64,000 nt of DNA from Candidatus Hodarchaeota archaeon (lineage in GTDB: Archaea; Asgardarchaeota; Lokiarchaeia; Sigyniarchaeales; SOKP01), in assembly GCA_048886685.1 (NCBI GenBank), contig JBHLKM010000017.1, positions 1 to 64,000 on the forward strand. The letters are read 5' to 3'. Under the pieces are notes generated by a model. The model worked only from the letters and a program-made list of their open reading frames with translations. It made no database searches and was not told the DNA's origin. The position numbers and the translations under genes were made by a program. How positions within the stretch are numbered: position 1 is the stretch's first letter; each line of letters starts with the position of its first letter. Shown one piece after another: positions 28,690 through 38,627 of the stretch.

Positions 28690-30105
28690 ATGGATAGATT
28701 TATATTTGTATTAGGGTCAAATTGGCAACTCTCAATTGCGGAACTCGATTATTATCTTAGGTATTCTCAAATTAAGGGTAAAATTATCGATTATTCCGCA
28801 AATATAGCTATTGTTGAATTTGAAGAATTACATAAAGAAAAACATTATGTCAATAAATTAATGGAAATACAATTTACCTTGGGTGGTTGTCAGAAGATTG
28901 CTAAAATATTTGATTTTATTGATATACAGACCATACAAGATGCTTTTCCTATAAAAATTGAAAAGTATCAAAATGTAGAAAGAAACCGAAAAAAAATTCT
29001 GAATATCATTGATAAGATTCTTGTTGGGAAAAATCTGATATTCCCGAAGGCGTATGAAAGTATGTTTTATGCTATATCGATTTATCCTAATCTTTATGAT
29101 GAAGATTATTATTCTAAAATCATAGTAAAACATTTTTTACCTTTTCTTAATAAAAAATTGATGATACACCTCATAGAAAAGGGAGCGGTGAAAGTTCTCT
29201 ATTATAAGTATCCTGAAGAAAATATAAAATCAGGGAATTTAAATCCGATATTTCCTCATAATGTAATTAAATATGATTTACTTACTGAAAATCGGGCAGA
29301 AATTATTTTTGGATTTACAGAAGAAGGTGTTTATATCGGTAGAACATTTACCGTTGATGATGCTAATTTTAAGAAAAAAATTGATGAAGAGCGTCCATTT
29401 AAAGAATTTAAAAGTAGCATTTCCCCAAAACTGACTCTCATGATGTTGAATTTTTTAAACTTATTTGATAACAGAGAAAATAAGAATATCCTTGATCCCT
29501 TTCTAGGCAATGGTACTATTGTCTTATTTGCGATATTACAAGATTTTCAAGTATATGGCTCAGATATAGATGAAATAAAAGTAAAAAACACGATTCGAAA
29601 TATAAATTGGTTATTAGAATTATTAGAAGAAGAAATTCCCATTTTTATCAATAATAGAATAGTAAAGGTTGATGTGAGAGAGTTATCAAGTCATTTTGGA
29701 CAAAATTTTTTCGACGGAATATGTACTGAACCGGAATTAGGTCCATTTTATTTAGAAAAACCTTATTTTAATCAAGTTAAAGAGTTATTTGACACAAAAT
29801 TAGAACCATTATATCATGATTTTTTTGGGGAAGCATATAAAATATTAAAAGATAAGGGCAGAATTTGCTTTGTAGCACCAATCATTAGCACTATTGATGG
29901 AAATGATGTTCAATTAAATGTTGAAAAGATTGCTAAAGAGAGTAAGTTTGATTTAGTACCTATAATTAGCCAAAATAGATTCTTTAGTAAAAAAAATCCA
30001 AAACTTCAATTTCGCGAGAAATCATATAAGACTCTAATCGATGCTAAAAGAGGACAGATAATTAAGCGTAAAATTTATATTTTTGAGAAAAATGAGGATA
30101 AATGA
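28690..30105 (+). CDS. Trm11/TrmG10-like tRNA methyltransferase
   Basis: SISPKL, ILDPFLGNGT, GSDID, DGICTEPELG (variant of D/NPPY). Confidence 0.75.
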   Translation: MDRFIFVLGSNWQLSIAELDYYLRYSQIKGKIIDYSANIAIVEFEELHKEKHYVNKLMEIQFTLGGCQKIAKIFDFIDIQTIQDAFPIKIEKYQNVERNRKKILNIIDKILVGKNLIFPKAYESMFYAISIYPNLYDEDYYSKIIVKHFLPFLNKKLMIHLIEKGAVKVLYYKYPEENIKSGNLNPIFPHNVIKYDLLTENRAEIIFGFTEEGVYIGRTFTVDDANFKKKIDEERPFKEFKSSISPKLTLMMLNFLNLFDNRENKNILDPFLGNGTIVLFAILQDFQVYGSDIDEIKVKNTIRNINWLLELLEEEIPIFINNRIVKVDVRELSSHFGQNFFDGICTEPELGPFYLEKPYFNQVKELFDTKLEPLYHDFFGEAYKILKDKGRICFVAPIISTIDGNDVQLNVEKIAKESKFDLVPIISQNRFFSKKNPKLQFREKSYKTLIDAKRGQIIKRKIYIFEKNEDK

Positions 30106-30764
30106 ATTATAAAGTGATTTTAGATCAAATTGAAGATGCCTTAGAGGGTAAAACACATTTAGATGAATTTGCAAAAGAAAAACAAGATCCATTCAAAATT
30201 CTAATCTCTACTATACTATCAGCTAGAACAAGAGACACCAATACTAGACTTGCAACTGAAAGATTGTTTGCCAAATATTCTACACCGAAATCAATCGCAG
30301 AAGCAGAATTAGAAGTTCTTGAAGACCTTATTAGAGTCTCTGGATTTTATAAAGTGAAAGCTGCTCGTATAAAAGAAGTTTCGAGAGTATTACTTGAAAA
30401 TTCAAATGGAGAAGTTCCCAATGATTTTGAAGAATTAATAAAATTACCTGGGGTAGGTGCTAAAACCGCAAATTGTGTTTTAGTTTATGCCTTCAAAATC
30501 CCAACAATACCAGTCGATACTCATGTACATCGGATTCCGAACAGATTGGGTTGGATTAAAACAACCCATCCCAGCCAAACAGAGGATGATCTTAAAAACA
30601 TAATACCAAAGGATGAATGGCTTCGTCTTAATAGATTATTTGTTAGATTTGGGCAGCAAATTTGTCTACCGAATCGTCCTAAATGTGATATTTGTCCAAT
30701 AAATAAAAGCTGTTCAAAAGATTTTTCAATGGAAAATGCTCTAAAAAAGAAAAAGAAAAAGTAA
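30102..30764 (+). CDS. nth: Endonuclease III
   Basis: ILSARTRD, LPGVGAKTAN HhH, VDTHVHR, C-x6-C-x2-C-x5-C 4Fe-4S motif; ATGA overlap with the upstream gene. Confidence 0.95.
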   Translation: MNYKVILDQIEDALEGKTHLDEFAKEKQDPFKILISTILSARTRDTNTRLATERLFAKYSTPKSIAEAELEVLEDLIRVSGFYKVKAARIKEVSRVLLENSNGEVPNDFEELIKLPGVGAKTANCVLVYAFKIPTIPVDTHVHRIPNRLGWIKTTHPSQTEDDLKNIIPKDEWLRLNRLFVRFGQQICLPNRPKCDICPINKSCSKDFSMENALKKKKKK

Positions 30765-30789
30765 ATAATAGCATTGAAAAAGAGAAATC

Positions 30790-31377
30790 TTAATACGTAA
30801 TTTCATATCTATTTTTTCTGTAATAAAAAATATAACCACCAAGAAGTCCCCCCAATAATCCTGCTATATGCGCCCAGATATTAACACCTGGCATAAAAGA
30901 AGCTGTAATAAAATATATTATATAAATTAAGACAAAAGGTATAAGAGAACGTTCTTCCGTTGCTACCATAAAAAAAACAACACCTATAAGGCCAAATATA
31001 GCCCCTGAAGCACCTACACTAATTGAATCAACAGATAAAAGGAACAACGAAAAGATATTGCCAATTAGTCCTGAAGTAAAATAAATTAATAAATATTGTA
31101 TCTTAGAAATATTGAAATTAGTTTCAATTGTAGCACCAAATATCAGTAAAGCAAACATATTTGAGAATAAATGCATGATATCAGCATGAAGGAATATTGG
31201 GGTGAATAATCTCCAGATTTCATAGTTATATATTATATTTCTATTAATCTGGGCAAAAAATAAGAGATAATCAGGAGGTAAAGTTATATTAAATATAATA
31301 TATACTATAATATTTAAAAAAATCAAAGTAAGGGTGACTTTAGCATCCTTTAGATTTTCAACATCTAAAAAGATCAT
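30790..31377 (-). CDS. Rhomboid intramembrane serine protease
   Basis: WRLFT, HLFSN, GASG, AHIAG. Confidence 0.93.
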   Translation of the reverse strand: MIFLDVENLKDAKVTLTLIFLNIIVYIIFNITLPPDYLLFFAQINRNIIYNYEIWRLFTPIFLHADIMHLFSNMFALLIFGATIETNFNISKIQYLLIYFTSGLIGNIFSLFLLSVDSISVGASGAIFGLIGVVFFMVATEERSLIPFVLIYIIYFITASFMPGVNIWAHIAGLLGGLLGGYIFYYRKNRYEITY

Positions 31378-31478
31378 AATTATAAATACCTAGAAAGATA
31401 GAAATAAACTAAACAGTTAAAAATTAATATGAAAAAATATAATAATTTGTTTTTATATTATTCCTTTAACATTATAAG

Positions 31479-32708
31479 TTGATGAATTTGGATAAAAACG
31501 AAGCATTCAAAGATACTCTAAAGCACAGGAAAAAGCGTTTAGTAGATAACTTAGTTATAAAGCAATTTTTAAAAGATAAGCGGTTAATAAAAGCGTTTAT
31601 GGAAATTCCATTAGAAAAATTTATTCCTGACAAACTCAAGAACTTAGTTAAACCTTATGAGGACCAACCAAATCTATTTTATTATGATGAACAAAATCCG
31701 AAAAGTTATCGGACAATTTCTGCTCCTCATATGATTACAATAATGCTTCAGGGATTAGCGCTAGAAACAAATGATGATTTATTAATTCTTGGAGCTAAAT
31801 CAGGCTATATAGCCGCTTTAGCACATAAATTAGCACCAAAGGGAGAAATTGTAATACTTGAAGCTAATTCAGAAATTGCTAGAATTACATCTGAAAATCT
31901 TAAGAAATTAAATTTAGATGATAACATCACCATTAAAATAAAAAATCCCCTCGATGGTATGCCAGAACTAAGTCCTTGGCAGAAAATTTTAGTAACAGGT
32001 GCTATTGAACAAACTAAAATTTATCCTTTGTTAAACCAACTTGATAAGGAAGGAGGTGTCTTGTTTGCACCCATAGGACCGGAGTTTATTCAGACTTATA
32101 CTCAAATTTTAAGACAAAATGATGAATTTTTTGGCAAACAACAACTCCAAGTTAAATTCTCACCTTTAATTACTCAGTTAGAAATAGATGAGCTTGAATT
32201 GATAACAGATTTAGATGAGTTGGAAATTCTAGAAAAAAATGTAATCAAGCCATCACCAGATAATATAAGCAAAAAAAAAGAAATTAAATATAATACTAGT
32301 ATTCTTGATACAATCACTCCTGAACATATTGTTAAAACTAAACCGATTGATGAGAAGGAACGCGAAGATTTACTCTCTTGTTTGGAAGACATTGTAAAAA
32401 ATCTCCTGAAATTAAAAAAAGAAGAAAAGATCGATAAATCTTTTGACATTGTAGAAGAAATCGTAAAAGTATTTGAACATATTAAAAAATACAAAAGAGA
32501 TTTTGAAATCAAAATAAAAAGAAGTCAACAGATAATTAATCAAATAAGATCTTATAACCTTATTAGAAAAGAGTTAGAAAAGCATGATTTATCTGATTCA
32601 GAAGTGATTGAACAGAAGATTAAAATTGTCAATAATCAAACTGAAGAAATTAATATTTTATTAGAAATTTTAATGAAAGAAATAAAAAGAATTAAAACTA
32701 TTTACTAA
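31479..32708 (+). CDS. Protein-L-isoaspartate O-methyltransferase-like protein with a C-terminal helical extension
   Basis: TISAPHM, LILGAKSGYIAAL (variant of LEIGTGSGY), ILVTGA, QL...GG...APIG; about 170-aa charged helical tail. Confidence 0.75.
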   Translation: MMNLDKNEAFKDTLKHRKKRLVDNLVIKQFLKDKRLIKAFMEIPLEKFIPDKLKNLVKPYEDQPNLFYYDEQNPKSYRTISAPHMITIMLQGLALETNDDLLILGAKSGYIAALAHKLAPKGEIVILEANSEIARITSENLKKLNLDDNITIKIKNPLDGMPELSPWQKILVTGAIEQTKIYPLLNQLDKEGGVLFAPIGPEFIQTYTQILRQNDEFFGKQQLQVKFSPLITQLEIDELELITDLDELEILEKNVIKPSPDNISKKKEIKYNTSILDTITPEHIVKTKPIDEKEREDLLSCLEDIVKNLLKLKKEEKIDKSFDIVEEIVKVFEHIKKYKRDFEIKIKRSQQIINQIRSYNLIRKELEKHDLSDSEVIEQKIKIVNNQTEEINILLEILMKEIKRIKTIY

Positions 32709-32744
32709 ATTTTTATCAATTTTAATTTTATTCTTAAGTTTGTC

Positions 32745-33257
32745 TTATTCTTTTAAAAATTCTAAGACAGCTTTCATAAATTCAGGTAAATCATCCGGCA
32801 TTCTGGATGTTATTAAATTTCCGTCGATTACTACTGGAGAATCTTCAAATTTAGCCCCAGCATTGATCATATCATCTTTTATAGCATAATAACTAGTTGC
32901 CCTACGACTATTTATAATCCTAGCAGATATCAAAACCCAACCTGCATGACAAATGGCCCCTACTAATTTTCCATATTCGTTAATCTTTGCCATAAATTCT
33001 AAAACATCTTTATCTCTTCTCAGATAATCGGGATTTTTAGTACCTCCTGGAACAATAACTCCATCATAATCATCTGGATTTGCATCTCTTATCATTTTCT
33101 CAGGCTTGATGGGATAACCATGTTTACCTTTAATTTCTCTTCTATGCAGACTAATTATTTCTGTTTCATATCCTGCTTCTATTAATCTTAATCGTGGATA
33201 ATGAAGTTCTAAATCTTCATACCCATCAGTCGCAAGAATTGCAATTTTTTTAACCAT
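32745..33257 (-). CDS. pfpI: PfpI/DJ-1 family intracellular protease/deglycase
   Basis: GYEDLELHYP, VPGG, AICHAG, DGNLITSR.PDDLP. Confidence 0.92.
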   Translation of the reverse strand: MVKKIAILATDGYEDLELHYPRLRLIEAGYETEIISLHRREIKGKHGYPIKPEKMIRDANPDDYDGVIVPGGTKNPDYLRRDKDVLEFMAKINEYGKLVGAICHAGWVLISARIINSRRATSYYAIKDDMINAGAKFEDSPVVIDGNLITSRMPDDLPEFMKAVLEFLKE

Positions 33258-33409
33258 TTTTCATTACTTCATTAATATTATTCTTTTAATTCCAATTTAA
33301 TTAGGTAGGATTTGCTATTTTATTTTATTGTCTATAAATTATCATATTTCACTTAAGAAGATAAATAGATCATCAGTTTAGAGGAAAGTTATCTAAATCT
33401 ATATAATTT

Positions 33410-34063
33410 TTAATTAACATTTATAAATCCCATGTATACAATTATAAATACGAGAATTATTAAAAAAAAATTCAAAGGTGTTGGTATAATACGATATGGA
33501 GTCTTTTTCTTAAATTTTTCATATTTTTCACCATATTTTGGAATAAGAATTAATTTCTCTTCAATTAAAGCATGAAATTCTAAAATAAAATAAATTATAG
33601 GACATAGAATCAATGAAGTAAGTGAATCTGATATCAATGCAGCCCCTAGAAAAATTATCACCCATCCTGAATAAGTCGGATGTCTAATAATTCTATAAAT
33701 GCCGGAAGTAATCAATTTGGAAACTTTTTCATCAGTAGACATGATTCTATATCTTTTTCTTCCTCTTTTGGCAAAATTTATACCAATAATGATGAAAGTT
33801 ATACCTAATAAAGCAAACAAATTCCAATAATCATCAAAATAGCTCGAATTTTCAGGAAAAAAAGCTCTTAGTAAGCTAGAATTAATAATTGGTATCGTTA
33901 TTAATGTAACTATCCATATTATTGGAAAAATCTTATAAAAAAGCCTCACTAATTCCTTATTTTTATCTTTTACCTTTTGAAATATTATCCAATATATGAA
34001 AAGATTCAGTAAAAAAATAAATACTAAACCAATCGTTATTAAAATTATCATTCTATCAACCAT
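33410..34063 (-). CDS. Isoprenylcysteine carboxyl methyltransferase / PEMT family membrane protein
   Basis: LITSGIYRIIRHPTYSG; EEK.L...YGEKYEKFKKKTP. Confidence 0.85.
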   Translation of the reverse strand: MVDRMIILITIGLVFIFLLNLFIYWIIFQKVKDKNKELVRLFYKIFPIIWIVTLITIPIINSSLLRAFFPENSSYFDDYWNLFALLGITFIIIGINFAKRGRKRYRIMSTDEKVSKLITSGIYRIIRHPTYSGWVIIFLGAALISDSLTSLILCPIIYFILEFHALIEEKLILIPKYGEKYEKFKKKTPYRIIPTPLNFFLIILVFIIVYMGFINVN

Positions 34064-34179
34064 GAAATTAGCTTATTCTTAATTATTATTTATTAAATTT
34101 ATATAATTTGAAATAATTTTTCTTAAAATAGGATACGTTTAAAATCTAGTTTTTAATTTAAAATATAATTACTATCATT

Positions 34180-34542
34180 TTGGTTGTTAGAATGGAAGAA
34201 GAAGATAATTTATCAAGAGAAGAACTAGAATTATTTTACGAGGTTTTATTTAAAAGAATTATGGAGATAATGAAAAAACCAGAAATTGAGCAAGATCCTT
34301 TTGGGGAAATGATAAATAGATTATCTGTATTATCTGGCATATTTTCTTTTAAAGGGATGATTTCTCTAATTCCTGAATTAGTTGCATATGCTATTAGATA
34401 TGGAATGATGGTAGAAAAAGCATATGAAGAAGAACAATTAAATTTAGAGGAAGATGAACAGGGAATAGGTATTGAGGAAGAACAAGAAAGAAGAATTTCC
34501 CGAATTAAAAGTGATATTGATAAACTTAGTATGTATCTCTAA
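34180..34542 (+). CDS. Acidic helical hypothetical protein ending in M-Y-L (HbYX-like)
   Basis: 120-aa ORF (likely ATG at 34192); C-terminus DKLSMYL*. Confidence 0.6.
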   Translation: MVVRMEEEDNLSREELELFYEVLFKRIMEIMKKPEIEQDPFGEMINRLSVLSGIFSFKGMISLIPELVAYAIRYGMMVEKAYEEEQLNLEEDEQGIGIEEEQERRISRIKSDIDKLSMYL

Positions 34543-34689
34543 TAATCCAATCTTTTCATATATTTTTTTTAATTAAATTTTTCAAATTTGAGGTTGTTAT
34601 TGCCCTCAAATCATTTTAAATGGGTTTTAACGACAATGAACAAAAAATTAGAAAAAATTAGAAATAATATAATAAAAAATTAAAAAAAG

Positions 34690-36801
34690 TTATACATATT
34701 TGCTCTTAAAATCCTTTAACTTATCCATGACTTCATCTCTCAATGAACCAACAATTATTTTATCCCCAAGAGCTTTCATATCTTTTGCAAATGCTAATAT
34801 TTGGTGAAGTATAGGCCCTGGAGGTAAAGTATCTCTTTTCCCTTCTAGGATATTGCCAAGTTTTTCTCCTGTAATTGTTTGATCTACTTGTTTATAAAGA
34901 TCAATAAAGACATCATGAATCATACTTAGTTGTGAATGTGCAACATGTGCTTCTGGTGTTTCTGTACCTGCTGGAGGTGCTCCTGAAGAACTCGCTGATT
35001 CTCCTCCACCTCGACCTAAAACTACAATAACAGGTTCAGAACGAGGATAATCTCCTGAGCCAGAGCAATTGTAGTTAATGTTTACGGATGAACCTCCTTT
35101 AATTTCAGCAACTTTGACATGTAATTCTGATAAATCTCCTACTTGAACAACTTCATGAGTTGCATTAGCCGGAGGTGTAAATTCAGTTAAACCGAAACCA
35201 GTTGGGATAATATCTTTTACTAGCACATTTTCCAACTCGACATCTCCTTTATTTTGTACTCTTACTCCAATGCTAAATTCTCCTTCAGTAAGTCCTGGTT
35301 TAATGCTTTTAAGAGTCTTCAATTTACGTTTTACATACCTTACTTTTAATTCTGGTTCTTCATCTGGTCTTCTAACAAAGGATTTACCTTCTACTTGACT
35401 ATTAATCTCAATTTTCACTGGAGATATATATTTAGTTTCAGTAGGTGGACGAGGATTTCTAGCTAAAAGAGGATATGAAATTTCCATCTTTTTTCCTGTA
35501 AGAAATTCATTTGTAAGATTATATAATTCAACATAAATTTGGTGTTTTTTTGTAAAATCTTGATCAGTTGGATCTATTAATATCTTTTGGACAAATTCTT
35601 CCCTTGAACTAATATCTATATCTCCTAAAGTAATTTTTATATCTTTAATTAAGGGAGGAATAAAATCAGTAGGAATTTCATCTGATAAGAAAAATTTATC
35701 AATTCTAGAAGAACCATCATTGATTATTGTATTTACAATTGTCATATCAGTATTAGCATATGCATCTACTTCTGGGGGATTTATAACTTTATCAATCGTT
35801 GCACTTAACACATCATATACAGTTGATTCTTTGACAATTTCGCCTATAACTCTAGGAATTACAACAAACAATGGTGTAAATCCTATTTCTGAGGTTAATT
35901 CTGGTACATCCTTAGACTCAACTTGAAAATCAAAATCCCATGATTCATCAGGATTCAAGACTTTATCAGGTGTCTGGGAAACAACCGTTTCAGTACCAGT
36001 TGCGATTTTTTGGGTTACCTTTGCGTCTTCTAGTTTTATTTGAAATCCAGATTCATTAATAAATTCAACATTACAATCCCACAAACCAGGTTGAGTACCT
36101 TCGTCTCTATCGATTCCACTCATCGAATCTGTTAATCCTCTTATTTCAGGATTCATCATAGTTAATTTATAATTATTTATCAAATAATTCACTGTCAATA
36201 CACCAAGCTCTTGAGCTGATAATTCTTTAATATTAACTGTAAAGAAAATCTCAAGTTCAGCCTTGTTTTCTGCATCTAAAGATGGTAACTCCCATAAAAG
36301 AATTCGCTTCTCATCTTCTTCTTTTAAATTTGCTTCTCCATTACTAGGATTTCTCATTTCAATTTCTTGAATAAAGGCTGGCATATCTCTTTTAACTTTT
36401 ATATCTAATATTGGTAAGTTCAAGGGATTTGTTAATTTGAGCTTTAAGCTACATTTATTATCTGTCATATAAAGAAACGCATTATTTACTTTACCGGAAT
36501 CTGTTTTGTCTGTATCAAAGATTTCCTCAACCTTTAAGGAAGAATCTTTAAGATCCATTATTTCGTATTCTTTATTAAAATCTTGGGCAGGATTTAGTGT
36601 TCCTAATGTAAGTTCTTTCGATTCCAATGAAGTGTTTAAATTTTCCTTAACATTACATATCAAATTCCATAATCTACTTCTTTGTGTTGGATTTTTCACA
36701 ACCAGCGTTCCTTTCCCTGAAATTTCTTTAAGATTTTGTTCTCCATCAATGACTATATGTTCGCGATCAGTTATGTCAATAATAACTAGATTTTCTGACA
36801 T
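34690..36801 (-). CDS. Large beta-sandwich protein with a mu-homology-domain-like N-terminus
   Basis: 703 aa with no signal or TM; NLVIIDITDREHIVIDGEQNLKEISGKGTLVVKN and ILDIKVKRDMP...LLWELPSLDAENKAELEIFF; further Ig-like repeats (VQNKGDVELENVLVKDIIP); Ser/Gly/Pro linker; helical C-domain. Confidence 0.55.
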   Translation of the reverse strand: MSENLVIIDITDREHIVIDGEQNLKEISGKGTLVVKNPTQRSRLWNLICNVKENLNTSLESKELTLGTLNPAQDFNKEYEIMDLKDSSLKVEEIFDTDKTDSGKVNNAFLYMTDNKCSLKLKLTNPLNLPILDIKVKRDMPAFIQEIEMRNPSNGEANLKEEDEKRILLWELPSLDAENKAELEIFFTVNIKELSAQELGVLTVNYLINNYKLTMMNPEIRGLTDSMSGIDRDEGTQPGLWDCNVEFINESGFQIKLEDAKVTQKIATGTETVVSQTPDKVLNPDESWDFDFQVESKDVPELTSEIGFTPLFVVIPRVIGEIVKESTVYDVLSATIDKVINPPEVDAYANTDMTIVNTIINDGSSRIDKFFLSDEIPTDFIPPLIKDIKITLGDIDISSREEFVQKILIDPTDQDFTKKHQIYVELYNLTNEFLTGKKMEISYPLLARNPRPPTETKYISPVKIEINSQVEGKSFVRRPDEEPELKVRYVKRKLKTLKSIKPGLTEGEFSIGVRVQNKGDVELENVLVKDIIPTGFGLTEFTPPANATHEVVQVGDLSELHVKVAEIKGGSSVNINYNCSGSGDYPRSEPVIVVLGRGGGESASSSGAPPAGTETPEAHVAHSQLSMIHDVFIDLYKQVDQTITGEKLGNILEGKRDTLPPGPILHQILAFAKDMKALGDKIIVGSLRDEVMDKLKDFKSKYV

Positions 36802-36978
36802 TCGATAATCTTCTCGTATTTATATTATTCAGATTTAGAAAAAATTTTTATACAAAATTTGTTATCAAAATTTTACTAAATAATAAATTAAATTAATTTA
36901 AAATTTTGTTTTCCATAATTTTTTAATTGATAATCAATATCGTTGACATAGAATTATAATTATTTAATTTAAAACACT

Positions 36979-37785
36979 GTGTTAAACGACAAATTTTGGG
37001 AAGTAGTCAAAAGATTTAATCTTCTTATGAAGTCGGCAATTGAAGGACCAAATTGCTTAGAGGTGTGTAATGGTGATTGTTGTTCAATTATGATTGATGT
37101 CCCTAAAATTTTAGCAAAAGAATATATTGAGCGGGGTTATGCTGTTAAAAAAGACTTTATTAGAAGCGATATTTTTAGTTTTAAATTAAGGTTTGATGAT
37201 ACAAAAAGAAAGTGTTTTTTATATGATAAAAAAATTAATGGATGTCTTGTTCATAGTTCAGGGATCAAACCTCCTCAATGTTGGATTTACCCTACGAATT
37301 TTTCCAACTCTGAAAAAAAGGAAATAAGTTGTAAAAAAGCAAAGGGTTGGAAAATTATTGATTCTGCCAAAACAGAAGAAGCAGAAAATTTATTAAAATA
37401 TTATGTCTTTCTTTGCCAGCTTGAAGCTAAAAGTGAAATAAGAAACCTTAAGGAACGTGTTGCTAAAAGTTTAGGAAATGGTAGCTTAAAATCCCTTCTG
37501 AAAAGTACTCCTCCGAGTCGAATTTCCGGTTTTAAAGAGGGCTGGGATTGCTTTACTGTCCTACCATCAGAGGGAATCTCATTACAATTAAAAAAGTTTT
37601 GTCAAAGATATAATGAAACATGCCTGACTGCTACTCAAAATTTCATGGAATGTACATCAATTTGTGACAAAGTCTCTGATGCTATTAGTAGTTTTTTACA
37701 ACAAAACTTATGTAATTATGTAAACAAAAAAGGACCTAACGTAGCAGGCGAGTATTTATTTAATGAAATAGATTTTGATGAGTAA
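36979..37785 (+). CDS. YkgJ-family cysteine-cluster (Zn/Fe-S) protein
   Basis: CLEVCNGDCC, KCFLYD...GCLVH...KPPQCWIYP. Confidence 0.75.
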   Translation: MLNDKFWEVVKRFNLLMKSAIEGPNCLEVCNGDCCSIMIDVPKILAKEYIERGYAVKKDFIRSDIFSFKLRFDDTKRKCFLYDKKINGCLVHSSGIKPPQCWIYPTNFSNSEKKEISCKKAKGWKIIDSAKTEEAENLLKYYVFLCQLEAKSEIRNLKERVAKSLGNGSLKSLLKSTPPSRISGFKEGWDCFTVLPSEGISLQLKKFCQRYNETCLTATQNFMECTSICDKVSDAISSFLQQNLCNYVNKKGPNVAGEYLFNEIDFDE

Positions 37786-37929
37786 TTTTGTCGTCCAAGT
37801 GAAGATTCATAGGGTTAATTTACGTTATTGTTATTGTACGTATGTATTCTCTACATAATACTTATTTTTAAGTAATATTATTGAAATAACATTTACATAA
37901 CACAATCAGATTTTGTATAGTGAGTGTAG

Positions 37930-38298
37930 ATGGCATTTTCAGATAAAAGCTTAAATGAATTAGCCAAGAATGTTTTTTCAGATAAATATGAGTTTGTTGA
38001 TGGTCCAGTACAAGTTAAAGGTAATTCTGGAAAATTTTGGACCTTTGATGCTGTTGTAAAAAACAAACTGAACACTTTTGGAGTATTTATAAGAGATTGG
38101 AAAAGAGAGATTTCAATTACACAGCTTCGACAACTACATAAAGCTTGTATCGATACCAAAATTCAAGGTGGTATTATGGTATGTAACATTATAACAGACT
38201 TTTCTCGGGATTACAGTTCTCAATTTGGAATTCAACTGCTTTCTAGGGGACATTTGATTTCTACATTGAGAAGAAGACAATTTCAAAACAATTTTTAA
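37930..38298 (+). CDS. Stand-alone Mrr-like restriction-endonuclease-fold protein, catalytic motif degenerate
   Basis: VKGNSG...FDAVV...GVFIRDWKREISITQLRQL...GGIMVCN...FGIQLL; ExK is replaced by FIR. Confidence 0.6.
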   Translation: MAFSDKSLNELAKNVFSDKYEFVDGPVQVKGNSGKFWTFDAVVKNKLNTFGVFIRDWKREISITQLRQLHKACIDTKIQGGIMVCNIITDFSRDYSSQFGIQLLSRGHLISTLRRRQFQNNF

Positions 38299-38320
38299 AA
38301 AAAGTAAATGGATAATAAAA

Positions 38321-38479
38321 ATGTGTAAAGGTTTTAATTGTTTAGATTGTCCCGCATTTCATAGTGAAAATTGTTATTATTACGGGAAACGGATTTTGGA
38401 TTATTATAAAAAAGTTCAACTTGAAATTGAGAACAGATACCCAAATAGATATTCTCTGATTTTGGAAACTTTTTCTTAA
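38321..38479 (+). CDS. Possible 52-aa Cys-rich small protein
   Basis: Hand translation MCKGFNCLDCPAFHSENCYYYGKRILDYYKKVQLEIENRYPNRYSLILETFS*; C-x4-C-x2-C-x7-C. Confidence 0.45.
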   Translation: MCKGFNCLDCPAFHSENCYYYGKRILDYYKKVQLEIENRYPNRYSLILETFS

Positions 38480-38627
38480 CTTAATATATTGCAAAATGAG
38501 AATATCCTGATCTGTAACATTTTATTTGGATTTTAGGATAGAGTATAATTAGAATGTTAAATATTTATAAATCGCCGATTAAAATTATTATAATATATCT
38601 TAATTAAGAAATTCAAATGATAGAATT

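Noticed and set aside
34642-34662. AAAAAATTAG tandem duplication between convergent genes
   Set aside because: Two copies of an A-rich 10-mer in a terminator-like region; expected at this base composition.
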